A stretch of DNA of 64,000 bases from Catajapyx aquilonaris (lineage: Eukaryota): assembly GCA_000934665.2 (NCBI GenBank), contig KZ537972.1, positions 1 to 64,000 on the forward strand. Reading direction: 5' to 3'. Below the pieces are notes generated by a model that saw nothing but the letters and a program-made list of their open reading frames with translations, made no database searches and was not told where the DNA came from. The position numbers and the translations under genes were made by a program. Below, in pieces: positions 35,783 through 47,200 of the stretch (position 1 is its first letter; each line of letters starts with the position of its first letter).

Positions 35783-37046
35783 TAATGTTCTCTATTTTGC
35801 AGAGCCCCTTAGAGTGTATAACTGACATCTACATACTAATTTTTCTACACGTATTGGCACTTGACTGGTGGTTGCAATGACTGGTGGCTGAGATTGGAGG
35901 TCATCAGTTCATGATATTTAAAAATGCATGTGTCAGAAAGCTGAGATTATACTGATCACACATTGAATGATGCCACTTACTACCATTTCACCTGCTAAAG
36001 TGAGGGCTTAATATTATTTCTTACCAATAGTAATACTCATACATGTATGTGGGTTATTCATTATTCAGCTGTACTTGTAGAATCATAGGTGTCAATAAAG
36101 TATTTGTGAAGAAAAAAAATTATAATACAAATTTGTCCCATTCTTTTTAGTCATGTATACAGAATAGATGGACTTAAAAATGCAGGGGTCTTGCACTACT
36201 GCCATCCTTTCAAAAAGTGTAGTCCCCTGACGTGGTAGTGCTAAGGCTGTATTGCCAAAGAGCACATCTCAATCTGATTACAGAAGTTCTGTTGCACTTA
36301 ATGCCATTGTGTTTGTAGATTCTTTCCAGTTCTGCACCTGAAGGGAAGCCCCAATTAATCCAGTTAGCCAGTGTGTTGTCAAGTTATTGTACGTAAGTAC
36401 TGACAACAGAGGACACAGTTACACAAGTAGCAATTTTATTGGGGTTGTAAACCCTGCACCTACAGTTATTATAGTCACTCTGAATAACAGCTGTGGAACA
36501 TAGATCCTTACCACCTTTCAGTCTGCAGTGTCAACCAGTCACAAGCGTACTGGATGTTCTCCATCACTTTCCACTCCAAGGACAGTCCCTTATGACAGAT
36601 GGACACGGCCTTTCCTTAACCTGCTTCCAGACGCTGAGAAGTTCCAGCACGTTGCCTGATTTCTGAGGGGGTGCCTTACCCGTGCTTGTGCAGTAGTTCA
36701 AAATGTGTTGAAACGACAATTCTAAAATTTATTTCTTGGTGGCCATATTTGTATTATGGAGCAGAGCATTCTTGCAATTTCTGTGGCTTGTGGTACCTAA
36801 AATGTCTCTGCCCCAATTTACCTTATGATCATGGAGTGAAAATATAACTTCTTCAGAAAGGAATTGGCTAAAGAATCTATATTATTCATTTTCACCTTTT
36901 AGCCCTTAAAGTGTAAATTACATCGTAAAATGGGGCTCATTTTATGAAAATAATTTTTCAAGGTAAAAATTTTGCCCATTTTCAACACTATCGCAAAATT
37001 CACAAAAATTCCAATTAATTCCGTGATTTCCAGTTTCAATGTAATA

Positions 37047-37349
37047 CAGTAGAACCCTGATTATTATCCGACTGTCCCACTCTGGCAATAAAGCTGTTTT
37101 TTCATGAAATAATGTAATGTTCTATGCATTTGTTCGTTGTGTCTTAGTTTTTGTAAATAGTACAGTAGAGTGTGTGTAAGAGAAAAATACTTCACTGTTT
37201 CGTATAAAACCATAATATTGTATGTTTGCGCTGTTTTGTTTTTTGTGTTTTATGAAAGTTTTTTTTTACTCCTCTGATTATTATCCGACCTTTTCGGTTA
37301 TCCGACGATGGCCCAGTCCCATGCGTGACGGATAATCGGGGTTCTCCTG
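37047..37349. mobile_element. pogo/Tigger-type MITE
   Basis: TA|CAGTAGAACCCTGATTATTATCCG ... CGGATAATCGGGGTTCTCCTG|TA, with subterminal TTATCCGA repeats. Confidence 0.78.
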
Positions 37350-37405
37350 TATCTGAAGAACCGCATGCTGCCAAAAGAAACTGCCCAACACTCTTGAAAT
37401 CACTA

Positions 37406-37580
37406 CACTGCAAACCGCAGCATCACTAGTGAGTCGCTAATGGAACATCAATTTTTTATACTCTTGTGATACTCCTGTGATGCTTTTTTGTTGCTAAAAA
37501 GCATCACATGATAATTAAAAATTAATGTTACCTGAGAGATTCATCAGTGATGCTCTATTAATGTTTTACTGTTTACAGTG
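37406..37580. mobile_element. Small MITE with CACTG termini
   Basis: CACTGCAAAC ... GTTTACAGTG, plus internal inverted AGCATCAC/GTGATGCT pairs. Confidence 0.5.
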
Positions 37581-37689
37581 CACAAAAAACCTAACATATG
37601 GATATTTTTATATTGTTATTATAAGTAAAATAAATTTTGTGGGCGAGTGTTATTGCTGTTTTTAGCATACCCTTCAGTTGTGCTTTTCA

Positions 37690-38310
37690 GAGGTTCGAAG
37701 ATGGCGCGCTTATAAAAGAGCGGAATGAAATTATGACGTCATGTCGTCTCTATTTGACATCCTGTAATGTTTTAAAAATTAAATACAATTAATTACAATA
37801 CCCTGTTGGCAGAACTGGTACATTACAGCAATTAATTTCTTTACTTCAACTTTTTTTTTTCAAGTGATAGTCCGCCATTTTGTGTCCAGGCCGGTTCGAA
37901 GTCACGTGACCTACCAGGGAGTGTGCCATGACGTCACATCAAATACGTCACTGTTCCAAAATGGTGTCCCGAAGTTGGGGCGAATGGGGCGTGTGTTTTT
38001 AGGCGGCGGCCCCCTCCCTCGCCTCCCCTCCCGTCCCTCTTCGACCCCCACCGCCCCCTATACCTTCCATCCCGCCCGCCCCATCCGCCGCCTCCCCTAC
38101 CCCCCCTCCACGGCACCCCCCTCCCTCGGTTCCATAGTTGCCGAAAAGTGGTTTTTCAGTGATGGTGCAGGGCCTGGGGACCGGCCCCGGGGTCCTATCT
38201 CGGGCGCCCCCCCCGCTCGCGGCCCGGTTCGAACGCCACGCCTAACCAATAAGGAGAAGGGACGATTCTACATAGACAGGCAGACAGAGACAGACAGACA
38301 GACAGCAACT
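37690..38310 (+). promoter_or_regulatory. Liprin-alpha promoter/5' region (promoter copy 2)
   Basis: CpG/GC-rich patch with AAGATGGCG, CCGCCATTTT, GTCACGTGAC (37901-37910), TGACGTCA (37734-37741 and 37929-37936) and CCAAT. It lies upstream of the acceptor at 38730 that opens the liprin-alpha ATG exon. Confidence 0.6.
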
Positions 38311-38863
38311 ATTTAAAAAGAAAAAAAAAGGAAGAAGAGGAAAGGAAAAGAAAAAAAAACAGGAGACCGGTAGTAAATCGAAGGGTTAGTCACTTTTGGC
38401 GGTGTGCTGCAGAGACAGAAGGACTGATATTTCGAGCTGTGTGTCCAGGGGGGTGGGCATAACAGTGGTTGGAAGACACTTGCTTGGAATGTTGGTCGTG
38501 CTGTCAACCTGGCTGGTGGTCATTGGCACGTTGGTGGTATAGCAGCGTAATAATTTAGAATATGAATTTGGAACACAACTGTCAAGTTTAATGCGGTAAA
38601 AACAAGTGTGTAGCATAATATCCGCTTATGAAATAAACCCACTAAAAATAATACTCATAAGCCTATAATTCATTATAAATAATACGCAACATTCCGAAAC
38701 AATGCTACAATTACAAAGATTTCACTGCAGTGCCACACCGAGCCTTGACCGAACTTTTGCTGGGTGTTATGCCATCACCGGATCATGAGTGACTAACCTG
38801 CTGGTGAACTTGGTAGCCAGACGCAGATTGGATGCATCGTTGGTTGGGTAGTCACCCAGAAGG

Positions 38864-39133
38864 ATGTGGAACATGATGTGCGACGTGATGCCGACCATCT
38901 CGGAGGATAGTATATCCCAGCGCAGCTCCCAGTTCGGCGGCGGGGGTGGCGGAGGGGCAGGGGAGGACGCCAATTTTGAACAGCTGATGGTGTCCATGTT
39001 GGACGAACGGGATAAGCTGATGGACAGCCTCAGGGAGACCCAGGAGAGACTGCAGGACTCTGAGGCCAAGCTCGGGGAGGTGGAGAAGGAGAGGGACTCG
39101 CTCCAGAGGCAGCTCACTGCCAACCTGCCACAG
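38864..39133 (+). CDS. Liprin-alpha: Liprin-alpha (PPFIA family), first coding exon; gene continues beyond the window
   Basis: MWNMMCDVMPTISEDSISQRSSQ...EDANFEQLMVSMLDERDKLMDSLRETQERL is the characteristic liprin-alpha N-terminus. Donor CAG|GTGAAG at 39133/39134. No further liprin exon was recognised up to 64000. Confidence 0.93.
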
Positions 39134-41194
39134 GTGAAGAGACATGTACCTGCTAGATGTGGTGACCTGGTAGTATATGAAGACAGGTGCCTTCAGTCAA
39201 GTTCAACGTCACTTGGTCAGGGTGACGGATTGCCAATTTAATCAGTACCGTAGTGTTGGATCACATGTGATATTTTATAATTCAAGGGTATTTAATGGAT
39301 GGCAGGATATGTTTCATAAACTGACAGTCTTGGACAATAATAATTATTTTAATTATTGATGTAATACCATTTTAAAATGTGATACATTGACCTGGCATAT
39401 TAATGAGCTGCGTGTATCATGTGGACTCAATGGAAGAGTGCGTCACTGCGTTTACTGTAAAGCTTGGTAGTAATCACATTAGTATAATCATGTTACTCTG
39501 GCCAAATTACAATCTACTTTTGTTAAAATCATGAGTATTACTATCACTTCCATTACTTGTTGTGCATCAAACAGAATTTGACATAGTGTTATCTTCGTTT
39601 GTCCAACAGAAAATCCCTCTAAAGGTCACTGACCCCAATGGGTCATTTAAAAATATTTGAAAATAAAGCTGTTCACCAGATATTTAATGTCACTGCTTTC
39701 CTAAATGCAGTTAAGTTGGAATAGTATGCAAGAATTATGACTACCATGAAATCATAATTATTAACTTGGTTTGAAAAGTTCGTTGAATACTTTGCTAGCA
39801 TAAATATTGGATAGATGTATTACAAAATAATTGAGATGATTTTGAATTGAAGTGAAATTGAAAATTGTTGCAATCTGTTTGCTAGAGCACATGCGGCCAT
39901 GTGAATAGCACGTGCCGCATGGTGTCTAGTTTGGCATTACAGAAGTGCTTTCAAGTAGCGACTAATGTTGGGAAGTACTGCATGATTAAAATTAGACGTA
40001 ATTTTACTTGAAATAGACTGGATCTAGTGTGCATCCAATTGAGTGAGGTCAGTGACCCTGTCACATTTTGGATCTTCCTAGGGAGAATTGACTGTCAAGT
40101 TTGGGGAACTTGCCTTTGATAATGTATGAGAACATTCACCTAATTTTTCTGATAAGAATTGGATCATTGCAGGTCACATGGCACAATAAACTGGATCCAT
40201 TTCAGAAGAACGAGTTGGAATTCAAAGATTAGATGGCAATCTCATGTAATGCCGCAGGAATGTAGCCTTGCAGCTCCAACACTGACAAGAATTTGATGTA
40301 GTGCAAAATATGAAATTATTGTTTTTCTGGCATTTATTATTGACGAGGTCTAAGGACTTTTGCATTCGAAAGCTTAAAGTGTTTAAAGTAGCACTTCCTT
40401 TCAAAGGCACCTGTTTTCTAGTATGAAGTATTTTACGGAGTGAAGCTACATGTGGTTGTGGATGTTGTGAACATTTGGCTGAAATATTAAGATACTCTAT
40501 GATAATAAATTGCTGTGTGTTTGGGAGATTGACATTAATACAATGACAGTGGCTGTGTCCTTTAGTGTGCTAATTTTTCATCCTCGAGTTGTGCCCATGG
40601 GGCATTACGTACAGTCACATTGAATTTGTCAATGGAATTGACCCGCTTACTGTAATAATGTGCATGGTTGTAGCTTAAAGTTGCAGGTAATATTTGTGTT
40701 ACATTCTGGGACAACTGCACTAATTGCCAATTTAAAAGCAATGCGGCAGAAAAAAATGTTAAAATAGCAATGTTGCAGTTTTTACATTTATAGCATGTGA
40801 TTGATCAATTTTTGTGACTTAGCACAGTGGGGCCAAGTTATACCTGGTTATAAGAGCAGCAGGTGAACTAGTAATTTATGCCATTTGGTCCCACCTTTCC
40901 CATTACATCTATTTGCTTATGAAATGGTGTAAACATACTTGTGAATATAGCTGTTTGATTATTATGCATTACGCTACACCAATATAAATAGCAGTGATGA
41001 AATGGCTCATGGCAATTCAGAATGGATCCAGTAATGAGACATAAGACAATGCGATATGAATCGCAAGTTAAAATGAAGCCTGTCATTTAACAATATATTG
41101 CAAAGAACAAATTTTGAAAGTGTACTGTTTGTAATTTTGGAATGTAATCACATAACTTAAAATGAGTGTTTATGCCTCTGTGGGAATATTGTGT

Positions 41195-41226
41195 ATTAAT
41201 TTAGTTTTGTGTCTTTTCAGGTAAGC
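41195..41226 (+). other. Candidate recursive splice site (ratchet point) in the liprin-alpha intron
   Basis: ATTAATTTAGTTTTGTGTCTTTTCAG|GTAAGC: branch-like TTAAT, polypyrimidine tract and CAG, immediately followed by a consensus donor. Confidence 0.55.
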
Positions 41227-44200
41227 TTTGTACGACTGCTGGAATCTCTGACATGGAATATGTGTGTCACAAATAAATTATTTTTTGGATATACTCTTGA
41301 CCTTCACATGGTATGTTATTTCATCGCTACTAGTTGCATTAGTGGTAGTCGTAAAGGCATTGATCCTTGACGGCATGTGCCATAATTGGGGCATTGTCAT
41401 GTTGCGTAAAATATTCTGCATGGAGAAAGGACAATGCACTATACAGTTAACCCATTACAACCAGTGGCAATTGCATGTTTTGATAACAATAATTGGCATA
41501 TCAGCCATTGGCTTGGCACTAATTGAACTACAAGCAAATGGCTTTATTTCTTGGAATGTAGGAAGTCATTACACTCAAGGACCCATACATATCATAACTA
41601 TGTGCTTGAGAACTGTTGAGTAGTACTTCACGTTGATAAGATGGACTAATAAATCAGATAACATGGACACAACGAAAATCTGAAGTAGAGCAAATAGAAC
41701 CCTCCCAGTAAATTAGCAGTTAAAGTCACATCGGGCGAAAATAAGTGTACCTGTGCCATAGCACCGCAACTCCCACTTTCAGTGATCGTGTACATGCAAA
41801 CAATCCCAGGCACACATGATGCACACATTCAGAAACGAATAGTGGGGGGGAAAAATGCATGAGGATATGGGGAGTGTATTGTGGGGATGGATGAATTGCA
41901 TGCCACTGATTGCGATGACGATCTGAACATGCTACCAGCTCAATAAGACGCAGGAATTCCGACCATTGAATGGCAGGTTTGAGTCCCATGAACCGTATTC
42001 AACACAATTCAATCAGGTCGAAAAATCCGCCAAGAAAATGTCACGTGTCCACTCCCCCTTTCGTCTCCCCTCCATTTAATTCCGGGCACACCTGTTAGAT
42101 TTTTTTTCTTTTTTTCCTTCCATCCTTATTCCCGTTCCTACCTAACCTTTATTACATGCTTGCTTGAGGGAAGGTCCTGTCCTTGGCTCCATTGAAACAG
42201 GAATGTTGAGAAGGGAAAGGGGCAATGACGTCACGGGCTGAAACCGCCCACACCATCTCCTTTTTTTTTTCTCATCCCACCCCTCCCCCCGAAAACGAAC
42301 CCTGTGGTTTTCAAGTGCGGTCTTATCGCGTTACCAAGAAAAGTTTTTGGAGAGGTCCTTCCACTTTCATGGTGAAAACCCTCCACTCCAGTACAATGTT
42401 GCTTTTTTTTACACCCACCATATCCTCCGCCTATTCGAAATTAGGTCATTGAGAAACAGCAGGGCTTCTAATCATTTAATTTAATTGGGACCATAAGACA
42501 ATGTTGCGCGTCCGAATTATGCAGCCTCGAAGCGTCGGATTTATTAAAGATGACAAGGACATAACCACGACGTTGCTTACCTTGAGTCGGTTGATGCGCA
42601 ATAATACGGGGTAGTTATTGCATTTTATTTCCACGCTATAAAACTGCAAGGATTTGTCCAATTAATGTGGAAAAAGCTGCAGGCGTCTCATTAGGCAGGT
42701 TCTTTTCTTTTCTTAAAAAAGAAGCCTGAAATTACGTGTTGTGTAAGCGTATGCAATGAGAGGTTGTAATCAGAGTTCACCTCCCCTCGAAGAGCATGTT
42801 TTGCATGATTTGTCACGAAGGCCCCCCCATATTGTGGCGCCAAGTTAGTCGCTTGACAATCGTAACCGGAGGCAGTTTTTTTTTTTTTTTTGAGGAGGGA
42901 ATCGGGGCCGCCCCTGGTGTGCTGGGGAATTGAAAAATAGTGCGACTCACTTCTTTCCAGGCGTCGGGATTTAGCGCTTTCGGGATGAGTAGTGGCCGTG
43001 AAAGGGGATGAAGGAGGGAAAAGGGTCGTCCGGGGATAGGGGGGGCTCGATAAATTATTTCTTGCTAAACCAGGGAGATGTCGGAAGAAGCAAAAAAAAA
43101 ACTACCTGGAAAAACTACCCAGAAGTCATTTGGACCAGCTTATGTGAATGTTTGCTTGGGCGATTGACATATTGGGGCAACAGGTTTTTTTTTTAAAGGA
43201 GATCAAAAGCGGATTATGAAAGGGAGGGTTACTTGAACCTCAAGGTGTTGAGGGAGGTCATCGTGGGCGGATTCAAAGGTCTTTCTCAAGGTGCGGCTGG
43301 TTACGGACCGTCTCGTTTGGAGCCCATTCATTGACGGGGGCTGGGATGGGTCTGGTTGGGTGCCCTCGCCCCAAGGCGGCGGGGGAAGCCTGACTGCATT
43401 GCCAAATCTACAGGAAATAGGTCTCCTCCGCTATCAACAACTAGGAGAGGGGGACTCTACTAACTGCTTTTAATTAAAGTGGGAAATCGAAGAGTTTTTT
43501 TCTGCTGAGCCCGTGGACAAGATTGCCTTTGTGGAACCTTTAACGAGTTTTGTTCCTTACTGGTATGCATGAAAGGCGGAGGAAAAGTTTGGATACGTAC
43601 AGTCGGAAGTCGTGAAAAATATTGGTGAATTTATTTGTGTGGATTTCCATTAGGGTGACGTCACATGTGGGCCGTCAATCTTGGGGAGTAAGAGGACTGG
43701 GGGGGTAATCATGATTCTGGAGGGTTAGTAGATGTATTTGAAGCGTCGGAAGAGGAGGCTTGGGGGATGTTTAGGCGGCTATAAAATGGTGGCAACAGCG
43801 TAGGGATGGCGTTGAGTCTCCTTTTCCAGCGCGGAAGCAGAGCCTGGAATGGAATCTAGGCAATGAGACAAGGTTGCCTACTCGACCAACGGGAAGGCTT
43901 GGTAATGCAAGTTTGCAAGCGGAGTTACGAGGTTTTTGGCAGGAGACTTGGGGAGTATTCCCGGCGGCGAGTTTTGCGTGGATGGAAAATGAATGGGTTC
44001 GAGTCTAATATGGACATTTGCAGCTTTGAGGAGTAGCATTGAGTAAGAAGCCCGCTTGTCCCCAAGATGCGACCAGAATCCTAATCGGTATCTTTTCCAA
44101 AAGATTTCCCCATACCCAGCCTCCCCCTTCGTTCAGGTCTAGAATGAAAACTGCCCTTAATAACGTTCCGGGGGAGGTTTTCCCGTCCATGTTTATTTAT

Positions 44201-47200
44201 TTCCTCTTTTCGCCTTTTTTTCTTCTTCTAGGAGCCCGGGCAGGTTTACGAGCACCTATAATTTCAGGGTTTGGTCGGGTGATTATCCAGTGTTTTTCGA
44301 ACCCGTGGACTGAGAGTAATTCTTAGCCAAGCTGCTGGGGAAGTAGTCTGCTCGCTAATATGAAGTTTTGCGGGACATTTATTGGAAGTTGTTGGGAAGT
44401 TTACTCTGGCTGGAAGGGGTTTGGAATATTCCAGCTTTCACCCTTCCTCTATCTGGAGATGTCTTCCTTGCTTGGTTTCCGAGTCAATTGTGCTGGATCG
44501 ATATCCTAGGGCCGAAGGAATGCCTAGCTTACAACCAAATTATCGCCCTTTCGTAATATATGCATTTGCAGCTCCGGCTTTTACATGTGGCGGTGACGTG
44601 TTGGGGGGTTCTCATTAATTCTCGGTCAGGTGGTGCAAAAATCTGGGGAGTCAAAGAGCAGGAGGCCCGGGTAATAAGGATGAATAAGGTCACAATATTG
44701 GGGGGGTTGGGAAGATGAATATATATTTTTAAAAGGTCAAGTAAATGGAAGCGAGCCAGTTCTTCTGACGCAGAGCTCTCGAGATGAGAGGTTTTGCAGC
44801 CAAATAGAGCTTATCAGCATCAGCACGGCCATTTTGAGTCACACCCGCTGGCTGAAGGGGCGGCAGGATATTTGTTTACACTTTAACATTTTTACTTTTG
44901 CTTGCATGTGGATGGAATATTTATTTATTTAGACTGGTAGATGGGAATTTTCTCTCTGCTTTTAGCACTTAAATGCTGTTCAGTAGTGCTAGAATATTTA
45001 CACAGTTTCAAATTATTTTAAAACAAAGCTGCTCATTTACTTCCGTCAGAATGATTTGGAGACAAAATTTTGTGTAAATTTGTGGAATGTTCGCCTTGAA
45101 AGCGATTGTTGACATGGATGTGACATTTTCCATTCCTGCCAGCTATGCAACACATTTTGCAAGCCTTTAAATTGCGTATCAGTTTACGAAATGACTAGGG
45201 CGGCATGAATGTGTGCTCCAACGAATTCCTGGCCTCTCGCCTGGAAGAAAAGGTGAGGGACAAGGAAGTAAAATGACCCTCAGCTCCTCGAAGCATTAGT
45301 TACCTCCAAAGTGACAAGATGTGAAAAAAGGGAAAGGCCATGGATCATTTTTTCTTCGTCGCCCCCTCTTCGTTTTTTCCCCCCCTTCCTTCTTCTTCCC
45401 TTCTAGGGCTAAGCTGAACGATGTGGGTGATGAAGGGATCGATAGCTAAGATCCGGTATTAGATTGGGTTGGTGGCAGCCCGTGTCACTCTCTTGCCATT
45501 ATTATCTTCCGGTTCCAGCCTGCATTCATAACCCGGTTCATGTGTGGAAATTGGGAGGAGCCAATAGTGATATTGGGAGGGGGGTGGAAATTAGGCTGTA
45601 AGAATATCCGAATCCCCCTTTTAAAGTTGGCGGGATGTAGTTGACATTGAAACGGGGGCGGTAAATTTGCAGTGGTCTGACAGACAGTAACAAACGGAAA
45701 TGAGAATCTGAAGTATTTAACATGGCTCAGGAAGTGCGACAGGAATCGAGTTTCTTGCTGCTGGATTATGCTGCGTAAACCGTAAGGAAAGGTTTGAATT
45801 AAATATGTAGTTGGCTGACAGTCGGGGGGTCTAAATGTGAACCGCCCCGTCGTCGCACCTGTGAAATAGAGTTACCCGATTGCGCGAATTTTTCATGCGG
45901 ATTTCGAAAGCAGAGGATTTAAACATGGAAGATGTTCTGCCGGTCATTATTGCTGAAATCAGCGTCAGGAAGAGTAAAGCGAAAAATTGGGCGTTTGTAG
46001 ATTAAAGGGATGTGCACGTGCTTTTCCGAGTTTATTAATTCGGAGGATGACTGTTGGATTTGTGACGCGATTATTTTAGCAAATAGAGGAACCCTTTCAT
46101 GTCCGCTATCACTTTGACCCAACACGTGTGTAACGTAATGAACAGTGCTATGCGATGGCAATTTTATTCCGTTGTGCAGCTACCATTCCGTGAAGTGGAC
46201 TGTGTGGATTTGGCAGGATTTTTCCCTGGGGAAATTGTAAATTTCCAACCAGGTGTGGTTTACTGTACGATACCGTAGTGGTGGAGGGTAGAAATGGGCT
46301 GAATCGCGTATAGGAACTATCTGTTCTGGGCACGTGAAAGCTCGTACATCAAGCTCCGGTGTGATGCAGCGGCCACTGTGCTGTCATCGATGGCATCACT
46401 ACCTCATCGTACTCTTTTTAAAACGGTACCAAAGTTGCATTAAATTCCATTCGTTTTTTGATCGATTGCTCTCCTGCCCAATATGGGTCCAAGGAACTCA
46501 AAAAGTTTGAATTCCACCCTTTGGGTAATAAGGGCTACTGGTCAACCCAACAATCATGTTATATTATTAGTTAAAATAAAGCCGACATAAAGTTGCGCTC
46601 TCATATCTCATCATGTGGTCGCTTTTCCACTTTAGAGGAGGGTTGGGATCCCCGGAATAGCCTCTTTATTCGGAAGAGCATGCAGTTACTGCCAGTAGTC
46701 TTGTCCATTCTAACTGCAGGCCTCAGTAGATCATAGTGGCGCATGTAAGCTTCACTTTGATAGGAATCATCATCACCGCCTTTTCAATATCACAATGCAT
46801 GGACATGTATCCTTAAGTGCTGCTTAATCTGCGCAGATTTGCTTATCAACCATTGTCACTCTCACATGTGTATACCTCCTCTTGACAATTTCAATAACTT
46901 GTTCCATCAAAAGCCTCCAATTCGCCATATAAAATTACCAAACCCCAGTAATCTAGCCAGTTTCACCACAGCATGACTGTCGAGGAGATTATACCCAAAA
47001 ACAACCCAGGTTACTTTACTGATAAAATTGATGTAGCCCGCACTCTCACCGCCATGAAACACGCGTAACATAATCTACACGTCATATTTATGTTGCAATT
47101 AATGTAATTAGGGCCATTACACATGAATTACTGCGTTCTTGTGACATGTAGGCCTACATAATTTCAACCTACATATCCAAGTAGTGATTTAACCATTGAC

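Noticed and set aside
32240..36140. Duplicate as an uncollapsed allelic haplotype (assembly artefact)
   Set aside because: Divergence, large deletions and copy-specific nested TE insertions appear far beyond allelic variation, although long-read confirmation is still desirable.
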